64,000 bases of DNA from Lingula anatina (Eukaryota; Animalia; Brachiopoda): assembly GCA_051362555.1 (NCBI GenBank), contig CM120648.1, positions 20,270,587-20,334,586 of the forward strand. Reading direction: 5' to 3'. The notes beneath the pieces are model-generated. The model ran no database searches and had not been told where the DNA came from. It was given only the letters and a program-made list of their open reading frames with translations. Positions 13,820-25,285 of this stretch are shown in pieces; within the stretch, counting starts at the first letter, position 1; every line of letters begins with the position of its first letter. The position numbers and the translations under genes are program-made.

Positions 13820-15796
13820 GGACCCGTATCTCGAAAGCTTTGCTTATGGCGAGCGTGCGCAAGCATGGCGAGCGTGTGCTATCCCATATCTCGAAAGCTT
13901 CGCAAATCGCGGCCGTGCGCTAATTATGGCGAAACGTCTTTAGTTTCAAGACTATTATTTGCGGCGATACAAACTAGTCACAAAGGCTTCTGCGTATGCA
14001 TAATTCGTCATTTTAATGTGTCTTTCGTGTAATTAAACAAGGAAGCAAGTTTGGGTTGCTAGTCATAAAGCATATAACAAAAGCTATAACAAAAACATGG
14101 AAGTTTATAATATATTGAATCACTTGGTACCTCTGATAGAAAAACTTGCGCTAAAGTCATGTTTTATGATGCATAAACATTTCAAAATTAAACGTTTCAT
14201 ACATCATTTTCTATGTTCTGATGAATATAATTTATCTGTGTAGTCTACTGATAATAAACATAAATTTAAAAGTGCCATTTTCTACACAAAATGAAAATGC
14301 AGAAACAAGGCATTCGGTCGCACCGTGGCCTTCCTCAAAATCTATTATTGAGAGACTGGACACTACTCGCCAATGCGTCAGTAATTGTGCCAGTCCAAGC
14401 TTCGCTTATTGAATTGTTTTTTGACATTTAATTGGTGTCAAACACTTCGAATATCATTTTTTTTAATATGATATTCCTATAAATAAAAACGTCTTGATTA
14501 TCGTCATGGTGAAAAAAATATAATTTAACTGGTTACAATAAAGGGATTTATGTGTGATGAGGGTATTAATGTGATGTAAGATGCCCAGGGAAAACTCCCA
14601 GGGACTAAGATAGGGTGATAGAAAGATAAGTTCCAGATGTTTATTCCCTAATTACAGACAGGATTTCTCCGCTTTGTATTTCTCGCTGTTAAGTTAATTA
14701 CTACCAAGTGACACTGGTCAAAACCTGATTGGACAGTACAACCTAGTCTCATTATGATCAGCCAATCAGAATCATAAGGAGTTCAGCTTCAGTACATGCT
14801 CAGGAGAGAAGAGTTTTTAGTGAATTTCATAAAGTTTCTCAAAGTTTATCAGTACCACAAGGAATATCAAGCAAAACGCAAGTGTACCATAAAGAGGCGA
14901 TCACCAGTTAATCAAATTCACAACAAGGGTGAGTACCTAAATTTTAGAACCTGTTTGAGTATATAAGCTCAAAGTTTAAGCTATTGCAGTATTTAGTGAA
15001 TTTTGCATTCAGTTTACACAGAACTTGACTTGTCTCGCATTATTCAGAATGGTTCACAAGGTTTTAGCACTGGGTCACTCATACATTCGTAGGTTAGGGC
15101 AAACTGTAGAAAATCTGCAAGAAGACTATTTTAATCTGGGTTTTGATGGAACTACATGTAGTGTACAAGTTGTCTGTCATGGCACAGGGGGAGGTGTAAT
15201 TAGTAAGGGCCCTAAGTCTCTTAGAAATGAAATGCATATGTTAGCTAGCTATAACCCAGATGTAGTATACCTTCAATTAGGAGGCAACGATTTGGCTAAG
15301 AAATATGCAGATCCCTTAGGAACTGCACAGGAGGTATTGAAATTTGCTGAGGACTTGATCAGTTTCCCAAGCGTTAAGTTAGTCATCATTGGACAACTGC
15401 TGCCACGTTATGTAGATACAGGGTCTTACAATGAAAAGGTAGTTAAAACAAATTTACATCTCAAAGCATATGCACAAAGTCGCCCCAACATATATTTTTG
15501 GCATCACAGGGGTTTCTGGAAAGATTCACGGTGCATGTTTAGTAGAGATAGGGTACATTTGAAACTAGCCTCGGCGACTCCTCTCAATTCATGCACTCAT
15601 AAATTACATTTTGTGTAATTGTGTTCTGATGTCTTCACTTTATGCGGCAATCGATATTAGTAGAGTTTGAGGTTATAATTGCGTTGCGTTTGCTAAGGCT
15701 TCGAGATAGCGTGGGTGCAATCGCACTCGCAGATAGCGCGGAATCGCCATGCTCGCGCCCGTGCGCAACATAGCGAAGCTTTCGAGATATGTGGCC
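13820..15796. mobile_element. Non-autonomous PIF/Harbinger-like element (~2 kb) with cargo
   Basis: Inverted ends GGACCCGTATCTCGAAAGCTTTGC / GGCCACATATCTCGAAAGCTTCGC, with subterminal repeats of TATCTCGAA and AGCATGGCG. Flanked by CAG and CTG (CWG-type, but not identical). Confidence 0.7.
15049..15618 (+). CDS. SGNH/GDSL hydrolase (esterase) domain protein, C-terminally truncated by the element end
   Basis: Blocks LGHSY (I), GTGGG (II), QLGGND (III), DRVH (V); ATG 15049 lies just after acceptor TTCAG (15047); upstream donor GTGAGT at 14929. Confidence 0.8.
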   Translation: MVHKVLALGHSYIRRLGQTVENLQEDYFNLGFDGTTCSVQVVCHGTGGGVISKGPKSLRNEMHMLASYNPDVVYLQLGGNDLAKKYADPLGTAQEVLKFAEDLISFPSVKLVIIGQLLPRYVDTGSYNEKVVKTNLHLKAYAQSRPNIYFWHHRGFWKDSRCMFSRDRVHLKLASATPLNSCTHKLHFV

Positions 15797-15869
15797 CTGG
15801 CTGGTTGCCTTCACCACTAAAGTCGGACGGAGATTTACGCGCAAGTCTCTCCTCGCCGTATTAGGCTAA

Positions 15870-17512
15870 GTTCAGGCCTATGGAACTTCATAGTTACACC
15901 TTAAAAACGCCAAAATGAAAACAAGAGATAACTGTACTGAAATGAGTTTCTTTTGTTTTCCCATTTTCAACAACAGCTGTACGCGAGAGCCTCTCCTCGC
16001 CGTGCGCCAGGCGGTGTCTACGACGCATACGTAGCCTTCACTGTAGAAGTCGGGCTAAGCATTTCGGTCTCTTTTCGCCTTGCAGTGAGGCCACTACGAC
16101 CGCAGATCGGTATGTACGGTAGCTTTCACCACGAAAGCCGATCTATGTATTACGGCCGTGCGCTGCGACCGAGGTGACCGCTGCTTATTTTCTACGAACA
16201 AATCTACTAGGGCAGGGGGAGCAGTTTATGTCTTTGGGTGCTGGGCTCGATATCAACGGTTGCATGGTTGCGTTTTGCAACCAGTTTTTTTCGTTCAGGC
16301 AACCCAATCTTGACCAGCAGCGGTCCGACAACGCAATTGATTTCCGGGCACGTAGATGCGCCGATACACACTGTTGGAAAATGAGTACGTTTTGTTATTT
16401 AAAACCATCCTCAAACAAACATGCGAGTTATATGTAATCTGGACGTACCAGAAAAAGCAATTATTTTATTCGTTAGCGATCCGAGGGAGACGGGAAGGGA
16501 ATTTTCATTTTCTTTCAAGGGACTGGAAGATCGCCAGTGGGAAAAACGTGAGCGATCTGAGCGCGACGATAGGGCATTTTTTATACTAGTTCAAGGGACT
16601 TCGTTACTGGATTCGTTAGCAGGAGAACGTCAGCGATCCAAGCCAACCTAGAAGGCAATTTTCAAATCGTCAGCGGGAGATAGATAGCGATCTGAGCGAG
16701 ACACTTAGGCAATTTCCATATTTGTTCAAAGGACTTTGTTAGAGGAAGATCGTCAACGGGAGTTCAACAGCGATCCGAGCGAGACGATGAAGCAATAACC
16801 ATGTGGTCAGTAGGATGCCATAAGCGATCCAATCGAGACGAGAAGGCAGTTTTCATATTTGTGCAATGGGGTTCATTAGTGGATGATAGTGCGATCGTGA
16901 ACGATCCGAGTGAAACAACGAAGCAATAACGGCAATATTTATTGCAGACCTTCATTGCTTCTGTTTTTCTGTTATTGAAAACCCTACGATGCTATTGTGC
17001 GCCTCAGCAAAACTAGCGGTTGCTCTTAATTTATTCCCCTGTTATCTTAAGGAATGGTAATGACGATGTTGTTCCGCGTGCTAAGTCAACTGTACCGATC
17101 GTTATCTTGCACCTTGGGCCGCACACGTAGTACTCAGGTAAAGGTACAACATAAAAGGCAACATTGCCGCCTGTCAGATTTTTATGAGCCCGAAAACGGC
17201 CTGATGGCCGATTGTTAAGTTGTACGAAATTCACGAAATCAAAATCGTGCAAAATTGCTCACTGGTCGCAATTGATGGTTCATAAAAAACTCCAGACGGC
17301 CGATTTCAAGATCGTTGGAAACTTAGGAGCCGTTCGACATTCATGGCATATTGTCATAATACATAATCACCGCCAATCTTCAACTATGCACTGCAGGTTA
17401 CATGGATATTCAGAAAATGACTAGATAAGGTCTTCGGGCCCAAGGAACTTCAAAGTCACACCTTAAAAACGCCAAAAGGTAAACAAGATATAATTGTACT
17501 GAAAAGAGTTTT
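15870..17512 (+). repeat. ~80-bp direct repeats (15870-15950, 17432-17512) around a degenerate internal tandem array (16474-16930)
   Basis: GGAACTTCA(T/A)AGT(T/C)ACACCTTAAAAACGCCAAAA..AAACAAGA.ATAA.TGTACTGAAA.GAGTTT occurs twice; about 7 units of AGCGATC(C/T)GAGCGAGACG..GGCAATTTTCATATTTGTTCAA. Confidence 0.7.
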
Positions 17513-18517
17513 TTTTTTCAACATGTCTTTTACACAAAACAAAACAAAAAAAACAAAAAAAAAAAACAAAACAAAACAAAAATCAACTGTCACTTTTATA
17601 TGATCATCTAAGAGAACTATTGAGATAGGAAAATATTAACAAAACAATTTTAAATGTCCATTTTGCTCCATACTGAGACTCTGAACATAATAAATTATTG
17701 GATCCGACAAACTGCAATGATATGAGTTTATTTTTGACACTTTATGAATAAGGCCTATACAAGTTGTAAAGCAAAATATGACACACTTTTTATGTTATCT
17801 GTATAATGGATGAACTATGTTAAAAAAAAAAAGAAAGCATAATTTTTCTAAAAATGGTCCGATCAAGCAAATCTTTGAATTCGACCTGTATATTATTAAG
17901 ATATCAATACATCATTACTGCCAGTTTCAAGAGAATAGGCCCAACGGCTTTCCTTAACATGTGTTATCAGTGTTGCATATATGCAGAAAAAGCGAAAAAC
18001 GGCATAAAAAAATAGCCCAATCATTCTGAATTTCGAACTCGACCTATATTTTATAAATATTCATTAGTAACAAAAATTTTTAGTCAAAAGGTAAAACGGT
18101 TTTCCACGTTTTATTGCTGAAAGTGCACGGCAAAGGCGGCAACGGCAGACGTAGGTAACGGGTATATGTACGGACACATTTGTGTCTGTGCATAAAAAAG
18201 AAACAAATGAACAAATATAAACAAAATACACTGTGAGCCATACAAATAACCCATAAAAAGTTAATCATTCAAAGGTCCATTAAGATTTAAGAAATTTGTA
18301 GGACACCCACTTCAATAAGTGTATGATAATTCACAACATTTACTCACACCGGTCTAAGATGACGGTATGAAAATATTGCGGCTTGTGTTTGAAAATCCAA
18401 ATACCAAGCTAATGAATACTTTTGCTCAGAAATAAGAGGCGTTCAAAGACAAATTTGTTGCATTAATAAATCAGGATCATCAAACTGATGCAGCAGTCTC
18501 AAAACACCTATGGCCAT

Positions 18518-18628
18518 CCCGCACGAAAATGCAGGAGTATCGAAGTAGCAAAGAATCATTAACGCAGTAGTGGTGTGGAGCATATTTGCAGTAGAAATGC
18601 AGCATAACCTACTGCAATTCTGTACTTC
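18518..18628 (+). mobile_element. Truncated copy of the EnSpm-type MITE, in the IAP 3' region
   Basis: Near-identical to 22588-22697 (CCCGCACGAAAATGCAG.AGTATCGAAGTAGCAAAGAA..). Confidence 0.8.
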
Positions 18629-18803
18629 GGTTGGTGTATTCATGGAATGGACACTTTGCCATGTTGGACTCTTAAATTTTCATTAGATTTGAAATATATC
18701 CAGACATCGCTATTTCAAGATTAACAGCAATTTTAAGTGTTATTCCAATTGTGTTTTCTTTTTCCCCACCTAACCGTCCCAAGGACGCTATCTACGATCT
18801 TCT

Positions 18804-19000
18804 TTAGCTTAATATCGACCTAACCGTGCCCTTGATGGCTGCTCGGCAAATGGCACAATTCCTCAAAGCTGGTGCGCACTGGACACATGCGACAAGATGG
18901 CCGCACGGCAGAAATACCACGCTAACTTCTTCATCCATACATATCTTACACGTGCGCTCTTCCTTCAGCCTCTTGTTCTCCTCAAGCAAGGACTTGGTCT
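18804..19000 (-). CDS. IAP last exon: coiled coil + C3HC4 RING
   Basis: [60 protein letters not shown]; TTCCAG acceptor. Confidence 0.95.
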
Positions 19001-22000
19001 CTGGAATTAAATTGGTGCAACCCTATTTGTAATACCGTTGTAATGTACTCCATTGTGTATTGGACCTTTATTAGAGATGATGTTATGTTACCATCAACGT
19101 TAAGTAATATTATGCAAATAAGCAACATTAGCAAACAGCATTTATGCGCCTAAGCTGCTATCTTGACGTATGCAGTTTATGCAGTGCTGTCAGTAGAACA
19201 GTAAGGGCATGCATCCTGTATCTATCTAACTCACTGTGTCTTTCCTTATTGCTCCTCGGTAAACATGTGATACGTACAATGACTTTACCACCTAGTTAAA
19301 TGACCTTGACGGGCATGGCCTTGATCAATAAAACCCCGTGCTCAGTACCCTGGCTTACCAAGGTCGTGTTGAATGTTAAAAGGAGCGGGTACTTATGACT
19401 TACATGTATATTATCAAACACATCAACCCTAGACCTTAAGTGCTCACCCCTGTCATCACTATCTTTTGGTACCGGAACGTCTTGTTTCTTCTTTTTCTTT
19501 TTCTTGTCCTTTTCAGATTGTTTCTCTGAAATAAAATAAAATAAATGAATTGATATTCGGACTGAACGATTCTGCATGTGGAGGTCACAATGTTGACGTT
19601 CGGAAGAACAATATGCGTGTTGAAGTAAATCATTGAATTATATTTTATAGTAAGTAAAAACTATAGGCGTTGATGAAGACACCTAAGCAATGAAATCAGT
19701 AAAAATATTTAATCTATGTAGAGAAATATATTATCTTTGTTTTAATTATATAGTTTAAACACAGTTTAAACATAGTGTTATTTTAATAAAGTTAAAACTG
19801 AAACAAGTACGGGTATTCTGTGTTTGTGATGTTTTCTGGGCTGTTTCACGTGGTGGTGCTTCAGACAGAGCTGCGTTTAGTGACTGCTGGCCAGGCTCTT
19901 CTTGGGGCATTACTGCCATTGCCGCAGCAGCTTGCGTCACCTGCCGGTTCATTTCATCCTCAATATTTAAAACGGCATCTAGTAAACTTGCTGCACTGGG
20001 AAAATCGTCTCCTGCATTCCGCAACCTTTGTTCGATCGCTTGACGCACTGTAACTCGACTGAAACCCATATCTAAGACCGTCTGCACTGTTGGGGTGTCC
20101 AGGCGGGCTTTAATCTCCCGGGCCTCTACATGGTAACTGCCAGGCGCACCTGCATGTAAACAAGGCTCTGGTCACGTGATGAGACAAAAAGCATGCTCAG
20201 CTATTCATTTACAAGCATAAGATGATGTTTCGCTTCAAGTTATTGATTGTTTGATGAGGTCCAATCACAAATAAGAACAGTAATGACTTGTTCATTTACC
20301 TCAAATATATCTACCAATTTTGCTCATTCAGTGAAGAACAATAGAATACAATTGAAATATCTGCATCGGTTAAACCGGATGTTTTGTTGGCGTTGTTTCT
20401 GTCTATCTATGAAGTTGAGTGCTGCTTCAAAACTTAAGACATCTAGCCAGGCATATGCACCGAGTAAATAATGACTAACCTTGTGGTCTTTGTGCTTGCG
20501 TTTGAGCCTGGGGAGGATACATTGAATAAAACAATATCAAATCAATATAAAAAATCAATAAAAAGGCATAATTAATATTTATGGCAGTTGCTGACATGGT
20601 TTGCAGTTCTCCTTTTTTTCGTTCATTTAGTAGGACGTGCTTTTAATGCGAGTCATAGAATGCGTCTTGAGTGACAACATCCGAATTATTAAAGTAAAAA
20701 TCAAACATGGCCTAATGCTCCAAGTTACAGCAATCATTTCAACGTAATCTAGCCTAAAACGGTATAGTTTATATCCTTATAACATTAAATGATGTGGTTA
20801 AATGTACGCTTACTGGGTTGTTTGGCGACGTCTGTTCCTTTATCATATGAATAAACGCATCCCCCTTGCACTGGCGAACAAAACCACAACGTGGGAACCA
20901 ACGCGCATGCTCAGTCCAAGGATCGTCTTGTGGTTCCCAATTCCTCAACCCTCCGTCACAGAAGAAGCATTTCACGTTGTCACCAAAGCCTGTTTTCAAC
21001 AAATATTGAACAAAAATCATTACGTTGCAACCATAAACTGAATGATCCCTATTACTCTTCTAACCAAGATTATATGATGGGCCATATTTATATGTCCAAT
21101 ATTATTCATAAGGGATACGTTTATAAGTTTATTATTAAGGCCTATTTAAACAGATCGTAAGAGCTGTGGAGTGACCTTATAAGTTCACTTTCATCCTTAC
21201 ATACTACCGGGTGCACAATATGGCTCTGCTATAACAAAAAGGATGCTGGTGTGTTTTTAATATTGGCATTATAGCTTATGGCACATTTATTACTTTGAGG
21301 GGGTCTCGTTTCTTATAAATTTGGCAAACCCAAAGGATAAGAGCTTATATATATAGTAATTACCAATTAACGAATATATTTCAGTCAATAATAATTGGAC
21401 TTACCGGCGTAAAAGAACCCGGCCCTGGCGAGTTCTTCAGGACGCGGAATACGAGATGGCGGCCAGTGAGCAAACGTCTGAACTCGGGTGTTTTCAATGG
21501 CGTATCTCTCGTGTCTGGGTCTCGCTGTTAGTATCCCTAGTGTGGCTCCATTTGTGGTGTCTATGGGGTGAAAACATAGAAAGGGTATCGACTAGATAAG
21601 TAAAGACAGTTTAACGGCGTTCAGTATCTGTGGTTTACGTCATTCCACTAACATGAATTCTAGATGTACTGCACTGTGAACAAAGATTCGAGCAGAATCA
21701 GTGGGCCAGCCTATACTGTATCCCGAGTGAGAAACGCACGAATGCAAGGATACACGTAACAGAGCATGGCAAGGCCTGCTGATGTTCACCCTGTTGACGG
21801 CAACTTGGTGTGATGCAGAGTTCATGTTTTAATCGTTTGGCGTTGAGCTTTGCACTCGCACTCTATCTAACAACTCATTTTTCGATTGGAAACTTTTTTA
21901 TTCAGGGTGCAATTTCCAGGTATCAATTTTTTTAAAAATAAAATGGCTGATATTATCATGCTTCACAGCAATGTGCTCAAAGTATAAAAAAAAATCTCAC

Positions 22001-24140
22001 CTGGAGATTTCAGATTTAAGATTACTTGTTATCAGCTTAAGGGTATCGTCTTAATTGGTCAATATACATTACATTGTGCCACATGAATATGATTTACTAG
22101 GACTTTTACATTTTGTTCGTGTGGAACAGTTTGCCAAGAATAGAATTGTTATTGAGTCAGACTTACTCTCTGGTCCCGTTGTGCTACCTCCCACAGCGTG
22201 ACTTTGTGATTCCGACACAGCAAGAGGAAGAGCTGTGCTTGGTTCTTCCACAGGAATGTTCCCAACTTCCAGACCCAGGACGAACGGGCAGGTTGAAAGA
22301 TATCTGCGGTGTTCCTGCATTGGTTGGTCACCTAAAACAAATGTTAATGACTGACAGTCCACGATCCATGTTATCCTATGTTAATGACTGACAGTCCACG
22401 ATCCATGTTATCCTTCCGACGCTGAGGATTACTGTGCCCCAAATGTTTTGCTAAACCAGCATTTTAGCTACAAACCAATGTTAAAATCAAGTCTGTCATG
22501 AAAATATTGCACCACTTTTAAAAGTTTCGAAGAACGCTTTGGTAAATTTTGGAATAAGCACATTGTACAATTATCTTAGTCACCACTCCCGCAAGAAAAT
22601 GCAGTAGTATCGAAGTAGCAAAGAAGCATTAACGCAGTAGTGGTGGGGAGCATATTTGCAGTAGAAATGCAGTATAGCCTACTGCAATTCTACTTCAAAA
22701 ATTACATAGGGTTGCACAGAGGAGGAGCATTAATGCAGTAGATTAGCAGCATGATAGAAGCATGTTTCAAATATGCTTATTAGCTCCCACATCGAAGCAG
22801 ATTTGCAGCATGTTTGCAGTATGATTGCAGTAGTCTACTGCGCTGGAGTATCTACTTCGTTTTCGTGCGGGCTGTCTTGTTTCAACCATTTGTAAACAAA
22901 AGGCAGCGATTGCATTACGTTATACACAACAAAAAGCACTCATACCTGGTTCCCAATTCCTTAAAACCCCCTCACAGAAGGCACACTGTACCCGGTCCCC
23001 CGTGCCCACATAGAAGAAGCCAGCTCTTGCCAAGTCTCTGTGTCGGACACTTGCTCCACTGGGCCAGTTGACGAAAGTCGCCAGGCGGTCAGACTCGTTC
23101 CTCATACGAGGAGGGACGCTCGGAGGCCGGTGAGATGAATTTGATGGAACTGATGTGTTTTCGTCGAGGTTTTCAGGGGAAGGGGCGGATCTGTTTTTGT
23201 TAGAGCGTACACCACTAGCGACCCCAGCATGAGTTATTGTGCTTCTTTCCAGCGGTGTTGTCTGCGGGGTGGCGACATCTAGTGAACTGATGCCCAGTGA
23301 CCTGGATAGTGCTTGTTGACTTGACAGTAGTGAGGTAGCATTGGCACCATTGTCACTTGGTGTAGACCTGGCGTTTGCTAAGTTCAGGAAAGGGTCAACA
23401 TTAGCCCCTGTGTTGTCATTAGAAACAGCGCGAGCTGAGGGGAAAAGGGGAACATTTTCTGTGTCAGTCCCTCTCACCAAACTACAATCTGGGTAGAAAT
23501 TACGATGTCGCACAGCAGGATCATCCCCACGAGCCCACTCCCTCAGTCGCCCGCCACAGCTAAAGCAAACGACTTCATCTCCTTCTCCAGAATAGTAGAA
23601 TCCAGCGCGTGCAAGGCGCGTGGCAGGCACAGGAACTGAATGAGGCATATCTCGAAAGGTCTGTAATCTAACAGCTTCAAAACGGAATTCTTCGCCTCTT
23701 TGAAAAGGTGGACCATTTGCCTTCCGTAGGAAGTATTCATGAAGATGAATTGGAAATACACTTATGTACATCCTTTCTTGGTTGCAGATATCGGCAAAGT
23801 CTTTGACAAAGACTCTTAATGTAGAAACAAGCTTTGCTACACGTATGTAGAAGAAGGCAGCCACCAGTTTACACATGAGTGAATAAAGAAGTTGTAAATC
23901 ACAAGTCATGCGGAGTTTATATAAATGATTACTGTATTTTTTCAAACATCGTGACACAAAACCATGCACCAAACAGCATGTACAGTTATTTAGTATTGTT
24001 AAATCAAAATATTCAGTGCTTCGTCGGCCTTTAGCAAACTTACAACAAACACATTTTTGCTTATAAGATGTTTTTGTGAGATGAGAATCGCTGCTGTCTG
24101 TAACAAGAAGTGCAGAGATACACTGCTCAATCAGTTGCAT
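18804..24140 (-). CDS. IAP: Baculoviral IAP repeat-containing protein (cIAP/XIAP/BIRC7-like): 3 BIR domains + UBA + C-terminal RING; 8 coding exons, ~777 aa from ATG 24140
   Basis: Exons joined by hand with GT-AG sites and matching phases: 24140-22946, 22331-22167, 21560-21405, 20989-20814, 20507-20480, 20149-19811, 19525-19448, 19000-18804 (2334 nt, in frame). Three BIRs with Rxx[15 protein letters not shown]...L..W...D.P..H.....C; UBA (VLDMGFS); [25 protein letters not shown]....CAICR. The true start may lie further upstream. Confidence 0.93.
19448..19525 (-). CDS. IAP exon: lysine-rich linker ([25 protein letters not shown])
   Basis: Long T-rich tract + TTTCAG acceptor, GTGAGC donor, 78 bp, symmetric phase 1/1. 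Confidence 0.78.
19811..20149 (-). CDS. IAP exon: UBA domain + low-complexity linker
   Basis: [42 protein letters not shown]; ATGCAG acceptor, GTACTT donor, 339 bp. Confidence 0.85.
20480..20507 (-). CDS. IAP 28-bp microexon ([10 protein letters not shown])
   Basis: CCCCAG acceptor, GTTAGT donor; it bridges the phase-0 end of the BIR3 exon to the phase-1 start of the UBA exon. Confidence 0.75.
20814..20989 (-). CDS. IAP exon: second half of BIR3 ([37 protein letters not shown])
   Basis: AAACAG acceptor, GTAAGC donor, 176 bp. Confidence 0.93.
21405..21560 (-). CDS. IAP exon: first half of BIR3 ([25 protein letters not shown])
   Basis: Not in the ORF track; translated by hand; CCATAG acceptor, GTAAGT donor, 156 bp. 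Confidence 0.9.
22167..22331 (-). CDS. IAP exon: end of BIR2 ([18 protein letters not shown]) + linker
   Basis: TTTTAG acceptor, GTAAGT donor, phase 1/1, 165 bp. Confidence 0.9.
22341..22414. repeat. Perfect 37-bp tandem duplication next to the splice acceptor at 22332
   Basis: ATGTTAATGACTGACAGTCCACGATCCATGTTATCCT x2. Confidence 0.95.
22588..22871. mobile_element. EnSpm/CACTA-type MITE (284 bp) in an IAP intron
   Basis: TIR CCCGCAAGAAAA / TTTTCGTGCGGG; 2-bp TSD CT; internal GCAGTA/GCAGCA repeats. Confidence 0.82.
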
Positions 24141-24363
24141 TACATCTCCAGTAGGGCCAGGTACTGATTTTGTTATCGCAGAGAAGGTAGATGATCCAGG
24201 TGACTCCTTGAAGTTAGAGGGAAGGACATGATCAGATTGTGGTTTACTCGGTGAATCTTTGTGTGTTGCAATGTCCTGTATTTCACTTGTATTACTTCTT
24301 AGACTTTTCTTCTCAACTCTTTGCGCACATGAATCTGTTATTTTCGTTGGTATTATGGCAGAT
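22946..24363 (-). CDS. IAP large first visible coding exon: N-terminal extension + BIR1 + first part of BIR2
   Basis: ORF 22920..24416; BIR1 [33 protein letters not shown]; donor GTATGA at 22945; candidate acceptor TTGCAG at 24364; first in-frame ATG at 24140. Confidence 0.88.
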
Positions 24364-25121
24364 CTGCAATTTCGGAAAGGAAAAATAAGTACTACAAAAT
24401 AAGAGGCTAAATGCAAAAAAAGTACACGGCTTCAGTAAACGCACAGAATGATGCTTAATTAAAACCGAGCTACTTTTTAAGCACAGTGATTTCCCAAGGA
24501 AAACACTCAAGCAGAGCAAACTTGTCCCAATATAGTAGTGGTTCGTATACTTCCTTGACACTCAAAGTTTTGTTGTTCTGACATGACATCTTAGCATTGA
24601 CCGGTATGTTACGGGTAGGAGTGGAAATTAACATATTGACACAAACTTGCAGACATGGATTGTAATTTAAAAGATTAATTATTATTGAAAACGTGATACT
24701 TTGTTTATCAATACTGTAACTGACTTTATCCAAAAAATTTTAAAAAAAAGTGTTATAAAGTAAAAGTGACAGTTTTATGTCTTTAGTGAACTAGTGAATT
24801 TTCTTAACTTGTTATTCAGAAATACATTCCAATAAACTTCCTTGCAAGGTCAGCTAACACTAGAATGAATAAGTCGCTGTAAATATGATGGAGTGAAGTT
24901 TTAGAATAGACAGGCGAGGTGATATATACCCTACATATATTTAGCCATCAAACATGTCCTACTGCTAAACACTTTCAGGCTAAAAGGGTGTACCATGTTT
25001 AGGTGCAAAACATGCTTAGGAGCTAAATGCGTTGAAAAAATCAGACAAAGCAGGCACTTGGATGTTTTACAGTGTACGTTATAATTGTGTACCTGTGTTT
25101 TGTATCAAAAATAAAACCATT

Positions 25122-25285
25122 TCAGGTCATTTGAATGTCTTTCCATGCAAGAATGTTGTCTAACAACTGGGGTTCATTCAATGTTGTTATCTGACGTTGA
25201 TCCAACTTTCAAATGAAATGTATACCCAACGTATTATCAACGTTATGGTTCAACGTCGTTGAAACAACATAATTTGCCCGCTGGG
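25122..25285 (-). mobile_element. EnSpm-type terminal fragment (CCCAGCGGGCA end, CAACGTTG-like repeats); inverted copy at 63062-63233
   Basis: Its reverse complement aligns with 63062-63233 over ~165 bp. Confidence 0.75.

Noticed and set aside
16474-16930. CRISPR-like repeat/spacer appearance
   Set aside because: Repeats are degenerate, spacers are mutually related, there are no cas genes and the context is eukaryotic
21640-21825. 61-aa intronic ORF as an alternative IAP exon
   Set aside because: No convincing splice sites or domain similarity
24313-24733. Upstream minus-strand ORFs as a frameshifted continuation of the IAP
   Set aside because: They lie in three different frames and show no motif support
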